Notes: a model not told the origin generated them from the sequence alone. DNA of 64,000 nucleotides from an uncultured Treponema sp. (GCF_934725225.1 NZ_CAKVAM010000007.1:13035-77034); one strand, 5' to 3'. Shown: positions 50,967-61,225, counted from the first letter of the stretch. Numbers and translations: made by a program.

Positions 50967-52547
50967 TTATTTCTTCTCTATATTTCCGATTATAACATAA
51001 TTCTTCATTATTTCAAGAAAAACTTTCCACTGGCCGTTTTGGTTTTCCATGCAGTCGGAATTGTCTCTGTTTCTTGAAGAAATCATAAGAACTTTTAAAT
51101 TCGTTATAACCTCGGAACTTGGTTTTTTGGATTCGATAAGAATATCGTTTATTTTTTTGTAAAGCTGAAAAATATTCGTCGTTTCAGTCTGAATCAGTTC
51201 TTTTGCCTGCCTGTTGATTCTGTCGATGAGGCTTTTCAGCGTTGATTCAAATGTCGCGTCTTTATGGCTGTCTCTTATGAGCGAAGTGATGTTTGTTTCG
51301 TCGAATTCATTTCCGCGCGTAAATTTGGACTCAAACGCGCTTATTCGTTCAAGGGAATCATTGCAAGTAAACACGGAAGACGAAAATTCAGATTTATACG
51401 CAGGATTATTGAAAAAACCTTCTATTACAATGTCATTTAAAAGCGGCTTTACGTGCTCTTCATAGAAAACCGAAATAAAATTCTTTAAAAGCTGAAGCGG
51501 CGTAATCCAAGCAAAAGAAAACGGCGTGCTTTGTCTAAGCTGAAAATCCAAGTCCTTGCTGTAGCCTTGAACTGCTGCAAGCGGCGCGCCTCCGAAAATT
51601 TGATTTATTTCATTGTTTATTGCCGCGTCTTGAATTTCGCCTTTTAATCGGGCTTCGTCTGTGCGGAATCTTGTTTCAAGATATTCAGCGTATTTTTGCC
51701 GCGAATTTCCGTTGTAAACCGCGCGTTCTGGAACAAGCTCGTAGTTTTTCTTTGAAATTCTAATCATGCAGGAAAGAATTTCCTTGGTAAAAATATGCTT
51801 TACAATGTACTGAATTTTTTTGAAATTTTCTTTTAAGCTTTGAAGTTCCCTGTCTGAAATTTTTCCGCCTTTCTTCAGCCTGAAAAGAGCAAGAACCGCG
51901 TTGTAAAGCGAATTCGTAACGTCCATTTCCGCAATCACAAAATACAAGTCCAGCAAGGAATTTTCCAGCAATTCAATTGGCACTGGCTGGAATTCCGGCG
52001 TGTAGGAATCTTTTGTGCTGTAGCTAGGATCAAAAAGTTTAAGGGCAGTTATGTAGCTGAATTTGCAAATGTCATTCAGCTGTTTTATTTTGTCCAAAGT
52101 TTCTTCAATTTTTATAAATGCAGGCGAATTCAGTTCCTTTTTAACTTTTTCAAGCTGCCTGTGCTCGCTTTCAAAATGCCGGATAAGCGACTGAGCTTCC
52201 ATCGCGCTTTTTTTTCTATTTTCGTACGAAAGAAGGTTTTCAAGAATTTCCCGGGCTTCGTTGTCAAATCCGGTAAAAATAAGCTGCTCTTCAAAATGGC
52301 GGCTTGTATCTAAATCTGTGGAGCAGTAAGTTTCCGAAAGAATATCAAAAATTGGAGTTGTATTTACAAAAAGCACGCGCAAGGCTTCCGCAAAGTCAGG
52401 CATTACAAGACCATTTTTGTAAAGTCCCGGCGCAAGATTTTTCAGTTCGGATTCGATTTTTCTAACTGCCTGTCTCTGGAGGCTTTCTGGCGATGTAGGA
52501 GAAAATATTGTTTTGAAAAACTCTGCAATTATTTGAAAAAGCCCCAT
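50967..52547 (-). CDS. Conserved spirochaete hypothetical protein (DUF5312-like)
   Basis: 526-aa helical ORF directly upstream of dgcA. Confidence 0.7.
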   Translation of the reverse strand: MGLFQIIAEFFKTIFSPTSPESLQRQAVRKIESELKNLAPGLYKNGLVMPDFAEALRVLFVNTTPIFDILSETYCSTDLDTSRHFEEQLIFTGFDNEAREILENLLSYENRKKSAMEAQSLIRHFESEHRQLEKVKKELNSPAFIKIEETLDKIKQLNDICKFSYITALKLFDPSYSTKDSYTPEFQPVPIELLENSLLDLYFVIAEMDVTNSLYNAVLALFRLKKGGKISDRELQSLKENFKKIQYIVKHIFTKEILSCMIRISKKNYELVPERAVYNGNSRQKYAEYLETRFRTDEARLKGEIQDAAINNEINQIFGGAPLAAVQGYSKDLDFQLRQSTPFSFAWITPLQLLKNFISVFYEEHVKPLLNDIVIEGFFNNPAYKSEFSSSVFTCNDSLERISAFESKFTRGNEFDETNITSLIRDSHKDATFESTLKSLIDRINRQAKELIQTETTNIFQLYKKINDILIESKKPSSEVITNLKVLMISSRNRDNSDCMENQNGQWKVFLEIMKNYVIIGNIEKK

Positions 52548-52616
52548 AATAGTTTATTTTATGGATAAACAAGGATTTGTTCAAGTGCAGTAAAAATGCG
52601 TTTTGCGCAATGGTTT

Positions 52617-53627
52617 TCACAAAAATTGCTGGAAAAGTTCTTCGTAATCTTTTATAGAAACAGAATTCACGATTTGTTCCCGCAGCCTTGCGCCGCCTTT
52701 TATTCCTGAACTGTACGCGCAGAATTTTTTTCTCATCAGCATACAGGCGGCTCGTTCTCCGTGTTCTGCGACATTCATTTTCAGCTCGCGAAGTCCTGCT
52801 TCAAGGCGTTCTTTTGGAGTTTCTGTTTCGTATTTTCCTTCTGTAAGAAATTGTTTTGTCCTTCGGAATAAAAACGGATCTCCCATTGCGCCTCTTGCAA
52901 ACATTACGGCATCTACGCCAGTTTGCTCAAGCATGAGTTTTGCGGTTCCCGGGCTGAATGCGTCTCCGCTTCCAAAAACAGGAATTCTTTTTGCAACGAA
53001 ATCAACCAGCTGCTTTTGAATTTCCCAGTCGGCTTTTCCAGAATAACCTTGGGCTTTTGTCCGCGCGTGAATCGTTATTGCGTCTGCTCCGGCTTCTAAA
53101 GCTGCGTCTGCGCATTCTTTCCATGTTATATTGGAAGAATCCCAGCCGCTTCGGATTTTTATTGTTACAGGAACATTGCCGCGTTCTGGATGCAATGAAG
53201 TGTATTCTATAGAAGATTCTTTTACGGATTTTACTATTGAATAAAGTCGTTCCGGCTCTTTTGTAAGCACGCTGCCTGCTCCGGTTTTTGTTATCTTGGG
53301 AACAGGACAGCCGCCGTTTATGTCTATGCAGTTGCAGTCTGTTTTTTCAAGGACAATTTTTGCAGCTTCCGCCATTGTCTGCGCATTTCCGCCGAAAATC
53401 TGAACACAGTAAACTTTTTCATTCGGGGCACGGCGCATAAGAAGCTCTGTTTTTTTATTTCCGCGCACAAGAGCTTCCGCAGAAACCATTTCCGTGGTGC
53501 AAAGCGATGCTCCGTATTCAACACAAAGCGAACGGAACGCCATGTCGCTATAGCCTGCAATCGGAGCCAAAAAGAGATTTCCGTCTAAATGAAGAGTTCC
53601 AATGTCTACTGGATGATAAAGGCTCAT
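52617..53627 (-). CDS. dusB: tRNA-dihydrouridine synthase
   Basis: LAPIAG, DINGGCP, KIRSGW, HART and ARGAMG motifs. Confidence 0.93.
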   Translation of the reverse strand: MSLYHPVDIGTLHLDGNLFLAPIAGYSDMAFRSLCVEYGASLCTTEMVSAEALVRGNKKTELLMRRAPNEKVYCVQIFGGNAQTMAEAAKIVLEKTDCNCIDINGGCPVPKITKTGAGSVLTKEPERLYSIVKSVKESSIEYTSLHPERGNVPVTIKIRSGWDSSNITWKECADAALEAGADAITIHARTKAQGYSGKADWEIQKQLVDFVAKRIPVFGSGDAFSPGTAKLMLEQTGVDAVMFARGAMGDPFLFRRTKQFLTEGKYETETPKERLEAGLRELKMNVAEHGERAACMLMRKKFCAYSSGIKGGARLREQIVNSVSIKDYEELFQQFL

Positions 53628-54409
53628 TCTTCCGGCAAGTTAAAGACTTTGCAGCTGTTTGTCCAAAGCTGGGCAGAAAGTTTTTCCAAGTCCGTTTCAA
53701 GCATTTCCGCCAAAAATCTTGCAGTTGAAGGCAAATATGCAGGCATTGTTCTTTTTCGCTCGCGGAATTCAGCCGGAATCATAAAAGGACTTTCTGTTTC
53801 CAAAAGAATTCTGTCTAGCGGAATGTTAAGAACTGTTTCATGCAGGTTGCGGGCGTTTCTGTAAGTCAAGTTTCCTGCGAAAGAAAAATAGACATTCATT
53901 CCTGCGTCAAGGCATTTTTTTGCATAAGGAGCATCTTCGCTGTAGCAGTGGAAAATCGCGCCTTTTTCCGGCAATCTGTCCTGAAGAATTTCAAAAATGT
54001 CTTTTCCTGCGTCGCGATTGTGGATTATTACAGGAAGATTGTGTTTTTGGGCAAGTTCAAGCTGAGTTATAAAAAGCTCAATCTGGCGGCGTTTGTCTCC
54101 GTACTGCTTAAAATAGTCAAGTCCAGTTTCTCCGATTGCAACAACATTCGGAAGCGAAACACTTTCTTCTATTATCTTAATCCAATCTGCACCCGGATTG
54201 TTTACTTCCGACGGACCGACTCCAACGGCATGGTAAACGCCTTTCTGCGACTTTAGGAACGCATATTCTTTTTTGAAGTCGAGAATGCTGTTGTTTATGC
54301 TTATAATTCTTGTAACGCCGGCTTGTTTTGCCTGCTGAATAACGCTAATCTGTCTTACAGGGTCGTTGTAAATCAACCCTATATGGGCGTGAGTATCAAA
54401 AAACTGCAT
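53624..54409 (-). CDS. tatD: TatD-family nuclease
   Basis: DTHAH, GETGLD, HNRDA, HCYS and ETESP motifs. Confidence 0.93.
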   Translation of the reverse strand: MQFFDTHAHIGLIYNDPVRQISVIQQAKQAGVTRIISINNSILDFKKEYAFLKSQKGVYHAVGVGPSEVNNPGADWIKIIEESVSLPNVVAIGETGLDYFKQYGDKRRQIELFITQLELAQKHNLPVIIHNRDAGKDIFEILQDRLPEKGAIFHCYSEDAPYAKKCLDAGMNVYFSFAGNLTYRNARNLHETVLNIPLDRILLETESPFMIPAEFRERKRTMPAYLPSTARFLAEMLETDLEKLSAQLWTNSCKVFNLPEE

Positions 54410-54687
54410 GGCTTTTCCTTAAAAACTTGAAAGACTTTTCTAAAGAAGATTCCCTAGAAAATTTTAATATTTTTTAATTAACTATCCGATATATTATTAA
54501 TAAGATAACATAGGAACGCTTTGAAGTCAAACATAATTTGCCTTGGATTTTTTTGCCAGCGCAGTCCGTTTGACAGCATACACGTCCTTTGATATACTGT
54601 TTGTTCGGTAATTCGGAAGTGGTTTTAAAAGTCAAGTTTTGAAGCTCTTTTGCTACTTTTCGGATAAAGTTTTTTACGGAGATTTTT

Positions 54688-55701
54688 GTGGCGCGTTCTC
54701 GCAAATACAAGAGATTAGAAAAAAATATAGTTTCCCGTATTATGCATGCCTTTAGACTTTTTTTTGTTTCTATAGGCAGAGTTTGCACAAATGTCGTAAA
54801 ATTCTTTGACGGAAAACTTACTTTGATGATTGTTCCGCATTCGCAGGGAAAAGTTTTCAGCGTGCAGACAAATGTTTTTGCGCTTGTTCTTGGAATTATC
54901 CTCGCAGTCGGAATTACAGGCTCATTTGTTTACTTTAATCAGAAAAACGCTTCTTCCGGACTTGAAATTTCACGGCTTAGGGACGAAAACAGAGAAACTC
55001 TTGCAAGCCTTGACGAGCTTAGGGACGAAAACAACAATCTTCTTCAGACTGCAAAAAAATTCCAGTCAACTTTAAGCCAGTCCCTTTCACTTTTGGGAAT
55101 AAACCAGAACACAGGAACTTCAAAATCAGCCGGAAAAAATTCAGATCTTTCATCTTTGTTTGACACGCAGGATATAACTTCAGGCTCTTTAAAGGAAACT
55201 TCCGACATAAAGCAGCTTACGGCTTATTTGGAAAGCGCAGTTCGCCCAGTTGAGCAGATTGGAAAAATGCTTGAAAACCAAGGCGCGCTTTTTTCTGACA
55301 TTCCGAATGTCTGGCCTGTAAAAAATGGAATTGGACATATTTCCATGGAATTTGGACAGAATATCCATCCAATCACACAGCAATGGTACATTCACAAAGG
55401 CCTTGACTTTAGTACTTGGAGGCAGGGAGATCCTGTTATTGCAACTGCAAACGGTCAGGTTGTTACAGTTGCCTACGATGACAGCTTTGGTCTTAATGTA
55501 ATAATCAAGCACAAGCACGGAATTTACACACGCTACGCCCATCTTGGCACAACACGCGTAAAGAAAGGCGACATGGTTGCTCAGCGCCAGATAATTGGAA
55601 CAATCGGAAACACAGGAATCACAACAGGACCTCACCTTCATTACGAAGTCCACATAGGTTCAGATGTAGTAGATCCTGCAAAATACATCAACGTAAAATA
55701 A
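54688..55701 (+). CDS. M23 peptidase
   Basis: HKGLD, YAHL and TGPHLHYEV motifs; GTG start. Confidence 0.93.
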   Translation: MARSRKYKRLEKNIVSRIMHAFRLFFVSIGRVCTNVVKFFDGKLTLMIVPHSQGKVFSVQTNVFALVLGIILAVGITGSFVYFNQKNASSGLEISRLRDENRETLASLDELRDENNNLLQTAKKFQSTLSQSLSLLGINQNTGTSKSAGKNSDLSSLFDTQDITSGSLKETSDIKQLTAYLESAVRPVEQIGKMLENQGALFSDIPNVWPVKNGIGHISMEFGQNIHPITQQWYIHKGLDFSTWRQGDPVIATANGQVVTVAYDDSFGLNVIIKHKHGIYTRYAHLGTTRVKKGDMVAQRQIIGTIGNTGITTGPHLHYEVHIGSDVVDPAKYINVK

Positions 55702-55702
55702 T

Positions 55703-56119
55703 ATGGCTATTTTTAACGACAATATTTCCATTAACAGCATCCTTGGCGCAGGCTCTTCTGTAAAAGGCGATGTCAAAATAAACGGATTTGCTCGTATTGA
55801 CGGCGATATTGACGGAAACATAGAAGCTAGCGGAAATGTTATAATCGGCGAAAATGCCAGAATCCGCGGAAACATAAAAGCAAAATCCATAACAGTCATA
55901 GGCGGAATTGTTTTAGGCGACATTGTTGCTCCGGACTTTATAAAGCTTCTTTCTTCAAGCGTAGTAATCGGAGACTTGCAGACAAAAAAACTTGTCTCAG
56001 AAGAAGACGTTGTGCTGCACGGCCACTGTATTTCGCTTTCTGACAGTGCGGAATTTGCATCCGCAGTTTCACGGCAGGAAAACATGAAGGCAATCTCTTC
56101 AATGTCCATAAGGATTTAA
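55703..56119 (+). CDS. Bactofilin (polymer-forming cytoskeletal protein)
   Basis: Beta-helix repeats (RIDGDIDGNI); follows the M23 gene. Confidence 0.92.
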   Translation: MAIFNDNISINSILGAGSSVKGDVKINGFARIDGDIDGNIEASGNVIIGENARIRGNIKAKSITVIGGIVLGDIVAPDFIKLLSSSVVIGDLQTKKLVSEEDVVLHGHCISLSDSAEFASAVSRQENMKAISSMSIRI

Positions 56120-56120
56120 A

Positions 56121-56663
56121 ATGGAAGTTGAAGGCACATCCTCAAGCCTGTATTTTTCCGCGGCGGCTTCCATAGCGAACGCTCAGGCTCAAAAAGCCCA
56201 AAAAGACGAAAAATCCCAAAAGACAGACAAAGCAAGGCGGAAGCTTTTTTCCAGCGCAATGGAAAAGGCCCGGGAAGAATTCGCCCTGCAAAAAGACGGA
56301 TTTCCCAAAGAAATTGCGGGGTTGGACACGGAAGATGCGGCAATCTACTTAAAAGATCAGGCTGACATGGCGGCAGACCGTCTAAAGGAAAAACAGACCC
56401 AGGAAGAATTCGCTGACTACAGAAAAAAAGTTTCGCAGTTTTTAAGATACCTTGCAAAAAACAACTTTGAAGTAAAAAAAAGAGAACGGCGCGGATTCAC
56501 AAGAAAAGGAAAACCGCTTGATCCGCAGTTCAAGATTGTCGTCATAAATCAGAAACTGGACGAAATGGCAAACTGGCTTTTAAGTTCGCACAAGGAAGCG
56601 TTCGCAATGCTTGCCCGAGTAAATGAAATCAGCGGCCTGCTTGTAGACCTTATGGCGTCATAA
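56121..56663 (+). CDS. YaaR/DUF327-family protein
   Basis: YRKKVSQFL and EISGLLVDL motifs. Confidence 0.8.
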   Translation: MEVEGTSSSLYFSAAASIANAQAQKAQKDEKSQKTDKARRKLFSSAMEKAREEFALQKDGFPKEIAGLDTEDAAIYLKDQADMAADRLKEKQTQEEFADYRKKVSQFLRYLAKNNFEVKKRERRGFTRKGKPLDPQFKIVVINQKLDEMANWLLSSHKEAFAMLARVNEISGLLVDLMAS

Positions 56664-56691
56664 TTGATAAACTAAGACAACTGGAGTTTTT

Positions 56692-57615
56692 ATGTCTGAT
56701 ATTTTTGAAAACGATATATATGAAGAAAATGAAGATCTTGCCTCTCTTGAAGATTCGCAGGAATCAGAAAGCACCGACTCAAGGAATTTTGTTTTTCCCA
56801 AGGAACTTTACAAGCTTAAGCTGGTCTATTCATTTGAAGGAATTTACGCAACGTTTCCTGGTGGAAAACTGAATGGCGGCGACAAAGTTATTGTTCCCAC
56901 GCGCTACGGACTTGACCTTGCAGAAAACCTTGGAATTTCTAAAGTTCCTGTTGGAATAAAGCCCGGCGACGTTGTGCAGATTGCTCGCAAGGCAAACAAT
57001 GACGACCTTGAAAAAGCTTCTTCTCTTGCGGAAACTGAAAAGTCCGCATTCAAAGTATTCCGCGAAAAAGTTGAGCATCATCATTTGGACATGAAGCTTA
57101 TTTCCGTGCATTTTCTTGTGGGCGAGCAAAAAGCCTTGTTCTTTTTTTCCAGCGACAACCGGGTTGACTTCCGCGAGCTTGTAAAAGACCTTGTTTCAAT
57201 CTTTAAAATGCGAATTGAACTGCGCCAGATTGGAGTGCGCGACGAATGCCGGATTACTGGAGGACTTGGCGTGTGCGGACGACCTTACTGCTGCAACAGC
57301 ATAAGCGATAAACTCCGGCCAGTAAGCATAAAAATGGCAAAGGAACAAAACTTAAGCCTGAATTCCATGAAAATCAGCGGACAGTGCGGACGCCTTTTGT
57401 GTTGCCTAAGCTATGAGTACGACTGGTATTCCGAAGCGCGCAAAAAACTCCCGAACGAAGGCATAAGGCTTTTTTACGACGACACAAATTTCCGCGTAAT
57501 CGAAGTGAATCCAATAACTTCCATGGTAAAAATGCTTGGCGAAGACGGCCGCATAATCGAAGTGAACGCCAAACGCTTTGTCCGCGAAGGCAACAGATGG
57601 AAAATCGGAAACTAA
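56692..57615 (+). CDS. ricT: PSP1/RicT (YaaT)-family Fe-S protein
   Basis: RVDFRELV, RQIGVRDE, GVCGRPYCC and CGRLLCCL motifs. Confidence 0.9.
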   Translation: MSDIFENDIYEENEDLASLEDSQESESTDSRNFVFPKELYKLKLVYSFEGIYATFPGGKLNGGDKVIVPTRYGLDLAENLGISKVPVGIKPGDVVQIARKANNDDLEKASSLAETEKSAFKVFREKVEHHHLDMKLISVHFLVGEQKALFFFSSDNRVDFRELVKDLVSIFKMRIELRQIGVRDECRITGGLGVCGRPYCCNSISDKLRPVSIKMAKEQNLSLNSMKISGQCGRLLCCLSYEYDWYSEARKKLPNEGIRLFYDDTNFRVIEVNPITSMVKMLGEDGRIIEVNAKRFVREGNRWKIGN

Positions 57616-57691
57616 AAAACTGAAAGAACGCGTAACTGTTGAAAATAAAAACGATAGGGAATATACTTGAATCCATATCAAAGAGGTTTTT

Positions 57692-58507
57692 ATGCTTTTA
57701 GTTGACAAAAATATAAAAAAACTGGTTTCGCAGGGAAAACTTATTGTTTCAGGCTATAAAGAAGAAAATCTAAAAGGAATTGCTTACGAACTTTCTGTTG
57801 ATTGCATATATGACTCTCAAAAAAACAGCGTTTTGTCTTTTGAAATGAAACCTGGAGATGTGGTTTACATAAAGACAAATGAAGAAATAGAACTTCCGCC
57901 TCAGCTTACTGCTCGGATTATTGAAAGAAATTCAGTTATGAGAATGGGACTTAAAGTTGACGGTCCGCAGTATATTCCGGGACACAGAACATTCTGCTTT
58001 TTGCGCGTTCAAAATATTTCTGACTCTGTTCTTACGATTGCAAAAGGATTCGGAATTGCTCAGATTGCCTTTGAGGAGCTAAGTGAAATTCCAGAGCAGA
58101 CTTATGATAAGCAGCACAACGCTTCATTCAGAAACGAAAAGGATTTTGTAGGAGTTGGAAAATATCAGCCTGAATACGACAAACTTATGAAAGAATACAA
58201 AGACGCAAAAGAAGACCTTGAATCTTTAAAAGAAAAGATTTACGGAAATGTTCTTACAATAATGGGCGTTTTTGTTTCAATTTTTACACTTGTAAGCGTG
58301 AACATTCAGGCATTTGCAAGAGAAACCATTTCTAAAAATCTAATTGCCACCGTAAATCTCTGTCTTCTTACTTGCATTGCAACTTTGCTTGGATTTGTAA
58401 TGCTGATTGTCAACAAAGGCAAGAAAAAATGGTTTAGCGCAGTTTATACTGTGTTCCTGACATTGCTCGCCTGTTCAACAATAATTCTTGCCTTGCTAAA
58501 AAACTGA
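57692..58507 (+). CDS. dCTP deaminase/dUTPase-fold protein with C-terminal TM helices
   Basis: MLLVD start, ERNSVMRMG and IAQIAF motifs, then a coiled coil and ~3 hydrophobic helices. Confidence 0.7.
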   Translation: MLLVDKNIKKLVSQGKLIVSGYKEENLKGIAYELSVDCIYDSQKNSVLSFEMKPGDVVYIKTNEEIELPPQLTARIIERNSVMRMGLKVDGPQYIPGHRTFCFLRVQNISDSVLTIAKGFGIAQIAFEELSEIPEQTYDKQHNASFRNEKDFVGVGKYQPEYDKLMKEYKDAKEDLESLKEKIYGNVLTIMGVFVSIFTLVSVNIQAFARETISKNLIATVNLCLLTCIATLLGFVMLIVNKGKKKWFSAVYTVFLTLLACSTIILALLKN

Positions 58508-58569
58508 TTCTTTTCAGCTGAAAACGTGCATTTTTTGATAATTTTCTGCAATAAATATGCGGAGGATTT

Positions 58570-59619
58570 ATGAAAGAAATGCATGAACTGACTCCCGCGG
58601 AAAAATGGGAGCAAGCGACACTGGCAGACAACTTTATCTTTTGCAAAGTTATGACGGCAAACCCTGACTTGTGCAAGGAGCTTCTGGAACTTTTGCTCAA
58701 CATAAAAATTGAGCGGATTGAAATTCCTGTGGCTGAAAGAAGCTTTAAAGTTGACTACGATTCAAAGGGAATCCGGTTTGATGTCTATGTAAAGGACGGA
58801 ACCGGCCGCTGCTTTGATATTGAAATTCAGACTACAAACAGAACAAATCTTGCCAAGCGCGCAAGGTACTACCAAGGGCTTATGGACGTTGACAGCCTTG
58901 TTTCCGGCGCGGATTACAGCGAGCTTAATGAAAGCTACGTGATTTTTCTGTGCATGGAAGACGCTTTTGGAAACGGACTGCCTGTGTATGATTTTCATCA
59001 GGTTTGCAAGCAGAATTCTGACATTTTATTTAACGACGGAACTCACAAAGTCTTCTTCAATGCTTCAAAATATGATAAAATGCCCACGGAAAGCCTAAGG
59101 GAATTCTTTAAATTCCTTAACGGACTGAACGCGGCCTCGGACTTTACAGACCAGCTTGAGCAGAAAGTGAGGTACGCCAAGGCAAATGCGCAATGGAGGC
59201 ATAAGTTTATGACGTGGGAACAGGAAATGCGAATCCAAGTAAAAGAAAAATCCGAACAGCTTGCAAAAGAAATGGCTAAAGATTTAGCAAAAGAAATGTT
59301 TGAAGACAGAGTTAATGCTATGAGGGCAGATATAGAAAAAGAAGCTAAAGAAATGGCAAATGAAATTGCGGAAGATAGAGTTAATGTCATAAGAAAAGAT
59401 ATGGAAAAAGAAGCCAAGGAAATGGCAAAGTCTATGGCAACAGAAATGGCCGAAAAAATGGTGGAAGAAAAAACTGCTGCCATAGCAGAAGAACAGGCAG
59501 CTGAAAAAGTTGAGGAGACTGCAAAAAATATGCTTGCGGAAAAGATTGCGCCGGAAGTGGTTGCAAGGTGCACTGGCCTTTCGCTGGAACAGGTGAAAAA
59601 GCTTGCCAGCGAAGCGTAG
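58570..59619 (+). CDS. Rpn-family PD-(D/E)XK nuclease with repetitive helical tail
   Basis: DNFIFCKVM, GIRFDV, DIEIQ and RARYYQ motifs; AKEM repeats. Confidence 0.92.
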   Translation: MKEMHELTPAEKWEQATLADNFIFCKVMTANPDLCKELLELLLNIKIERIEIPVAERSFKVDYDSKGIRFDVYVKDGTGRCFDIEIQTTNRTNLAKRARYYQGLMDVDSLVSGADYSELNESYVIFLCMEDAFGNGLPVYDFHQVCKQNSDILFNDGTHKVFFNASKYDKMPTESLREFFKFLNGLNAASDFTDQLEQKVRYAKANAQWRHKFMTWEQEMRIQVKEKSEQLAKEMAKDLAKEMFEDRVNAMRADIEKEAKEMANEIAEDRVNVIRKDMEKEAKEMAKSMATEMAEKMVEEKTAAIAEEQAAEKVEETAKNMLAEKIAPEVVARCTGLSLEQVKKLASEA

Positions 59620-59717
59620 ATTCCACTAAAGAATTCCGCGGAATTTGCCGAAAATATAGCGTTGCTTCTACAAACCGTAGGCACTTCTAAAGGTTACAAA
59701 AATTTTATTTTTTTTTG

Positions 59718-59746
59718 TTGACTTATAGATTGTCTTGGGGTAGAAT
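59718..59746 (+). promoter_or_regulatory. Strong sigma70 promoter of paralog C (candidate expression site)
   Basis: TTGACT-17-TAGAAT preceded by a T-rich UP-like tract. Confidence 0.85.
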
Positions 59747-59777
59747 AACGATATGATATCGTATGGTATCGCAAAAA

Positions 59778-59883
59778 ATAAGGAGGCTAAGAGATGAAAA
59801 AGACTCTTATCGCGGTCGCAGCGGCTGCCGCACTTACAGCAACTTCTGCTTTCGCAGAAATCACATTCGGAGCATGGCTTCGT
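59778..59883 (+). repeat. Shared leader of Msp-like genes, copy C
   Basis: Identical to 32337-32442; inverted relative to copy B. Confidence 0.97.
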
Positions 59884-61053
59884 GTTCTTGCTTCGCCAGT
59901 AGCTTCAACAGGCGAGGACATCATCGCCGGCGTTGAGAACTCATGGGGATGGGGCGCACGTACAGCCCGCATCAACATCAACGGAACTTCCGAGGACGGA
60001 AAGGCCGGATTCGTAATGGGCGTTTACAACGACTTCGAGAGCGGACTCGGACAGGGCGACGACGCATACCTTTGGGTTAAGCCTGTTGACACTGTAAAAA
60101 TCTCTGTAGGTAAGTTTGACTCACCTACAAATGGACTCCGCGGCGACTTCTGCTACGGCTCATGGAACTGGCTCAGACCTTTCAACTGGGCATTCGACGG
60201 CGAAGGACTTACATTTGACGGAGTTTCAAAGAACGGTCTTATGTTAGAGGCTGATCCAATGGAAGGACTCCACGCATTCGCAGTTATTCCAATGTCTTCT
60301 AGCTATGCAAGCGCAGAGGAAGTTTACCGCAATATTCAGGCTGGCTTCGGATATGCAATCGAGGGCGTTGGTAAGCTCAAGGCTCAGTTCATCGGTGACT
60401 ACAGCTATACTCAGAAAGACGACAAACTTGGAGATTGGTACATCGATGATGATGGTGATGTTGTACGTCATGATACAACTCCTAATGCTGCTGGCAAGAA
60501 AGATGAAGACAAGACAACAGGAAAAATCGGTGTTGCATTCGACCTTACATCAGTTGAAAACCTTTATGTAACAGTTGGCGCACGCTTCGGTATCGCAGAT
60601 AAAGATCTCGCACCTGACTACCTTAAGATGGCATTCACAGCTGGCGCTTCTTATCAGGTTTCTGAGCAGATGAAGTTCTCTGCAGATGGTGGATATGTTC
60701 AGTATCAGGACAAGTTCAATGCTGATGACGACAGCCTCTTCTTTGTAGGAGCAGGTGTAGACTTCGCTGTAATGGACGGACTCAACGCAGTTGCAGATGT
60801 TCGCTATATGAGCAACAAATACGGAAAGAATGGCGATGACGGTGCTATCAGCTTCCTCGTTGGAGTTAACAAGTCTGTATCAAGCAACGGCTCTCTCGGA
60901 ATTGGATTCCAGGGTGCAACAAACGGATGCGGTCTTGTAACAAATGACGGTTCAGGAATTGTTGCAGGTCAGTCTTATACAGCTGGCGAAGCTAATGGTG
61001 ATTCAGACGCATTTGTTTGGGCAATCCCAGTATCTGTAAGCGTTTGGTTCTAG
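59794..61053 (+). CDS. Msp-like outer-membrane beta-barrel protein, paralog C
   Basis: Same leader, terminal Phe, promoter-proximal. Confidence 0.82.
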   Translation: MKKTLIAVAAAAALTATSAFAEITFGAWLRVLASPVASTGEDIIAGVENSWGWGARTARININGTSEDGKAGFVMGVYNDFESGLGQGDDAYLWVKPVDTVKISVGKFDSPTNGLRGDFCYGSWNWLRPFNWAFDGEGLTFDGVSKNGLMLEADPMEGLHAFAVIPMSSSYASAEEVYRNIQAGFGYAIEGVGKLKAQFIGDYSYTQKDDKLGDWYIDDDGDVVRHDTTPNAAGKKDEDKTTGKIGVAFDLTSVENLYVTVGARFGIADKDLAPDYLKMAFTAGASYQVSEQMKFSADGGYVQYQDKFNADDDSLFFVGAGVDFAVMDGLNAVADVRYMSNKYGKNGDDGAISFLVGVNKSVSSNGSLGIGFQGATNGCGLVTNDGSGIVAGQSYTAGEANGDSDAFVWAIPVSVSVWF

Positions 61054-61225
61054 GCAATCGCGCATAGCGCGAATGCTGGCGAGTTTGCCTTGCAAACTCG
61101 GTCGAATCTGGCAGTTTTGCACGGCAAAACTGTCGGGGCAATCACACGCAATGCGAGTGTCCGGCACAGTGGATGTGCTGGACAAGGCAAAAAGCCTCCC
61201 AAAAGGGAGGCTTTTTTGTGTTTAA
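61054..61225 (+). repeat. Modular hairpin 3' element plus terminator downstream of paralog C
   Basis: Closely similar inverted copy at 63370-63532. Confidence 0.88.

Noticed and set aside
59043..59684. 213-aa antisense ORF (likewise 12079-12579, 19029-19553, 38488-38976, 55189-55653)
   Set aside because: Shadows of real genes on the opposite strand, with no recognisable motifs.
59787..59981. Twin 64-aa ORFs antisense to the B and C leaders (also 35768-35962)
   Set aside because: Their similarity is a by-product of the duplicated sense sequence.
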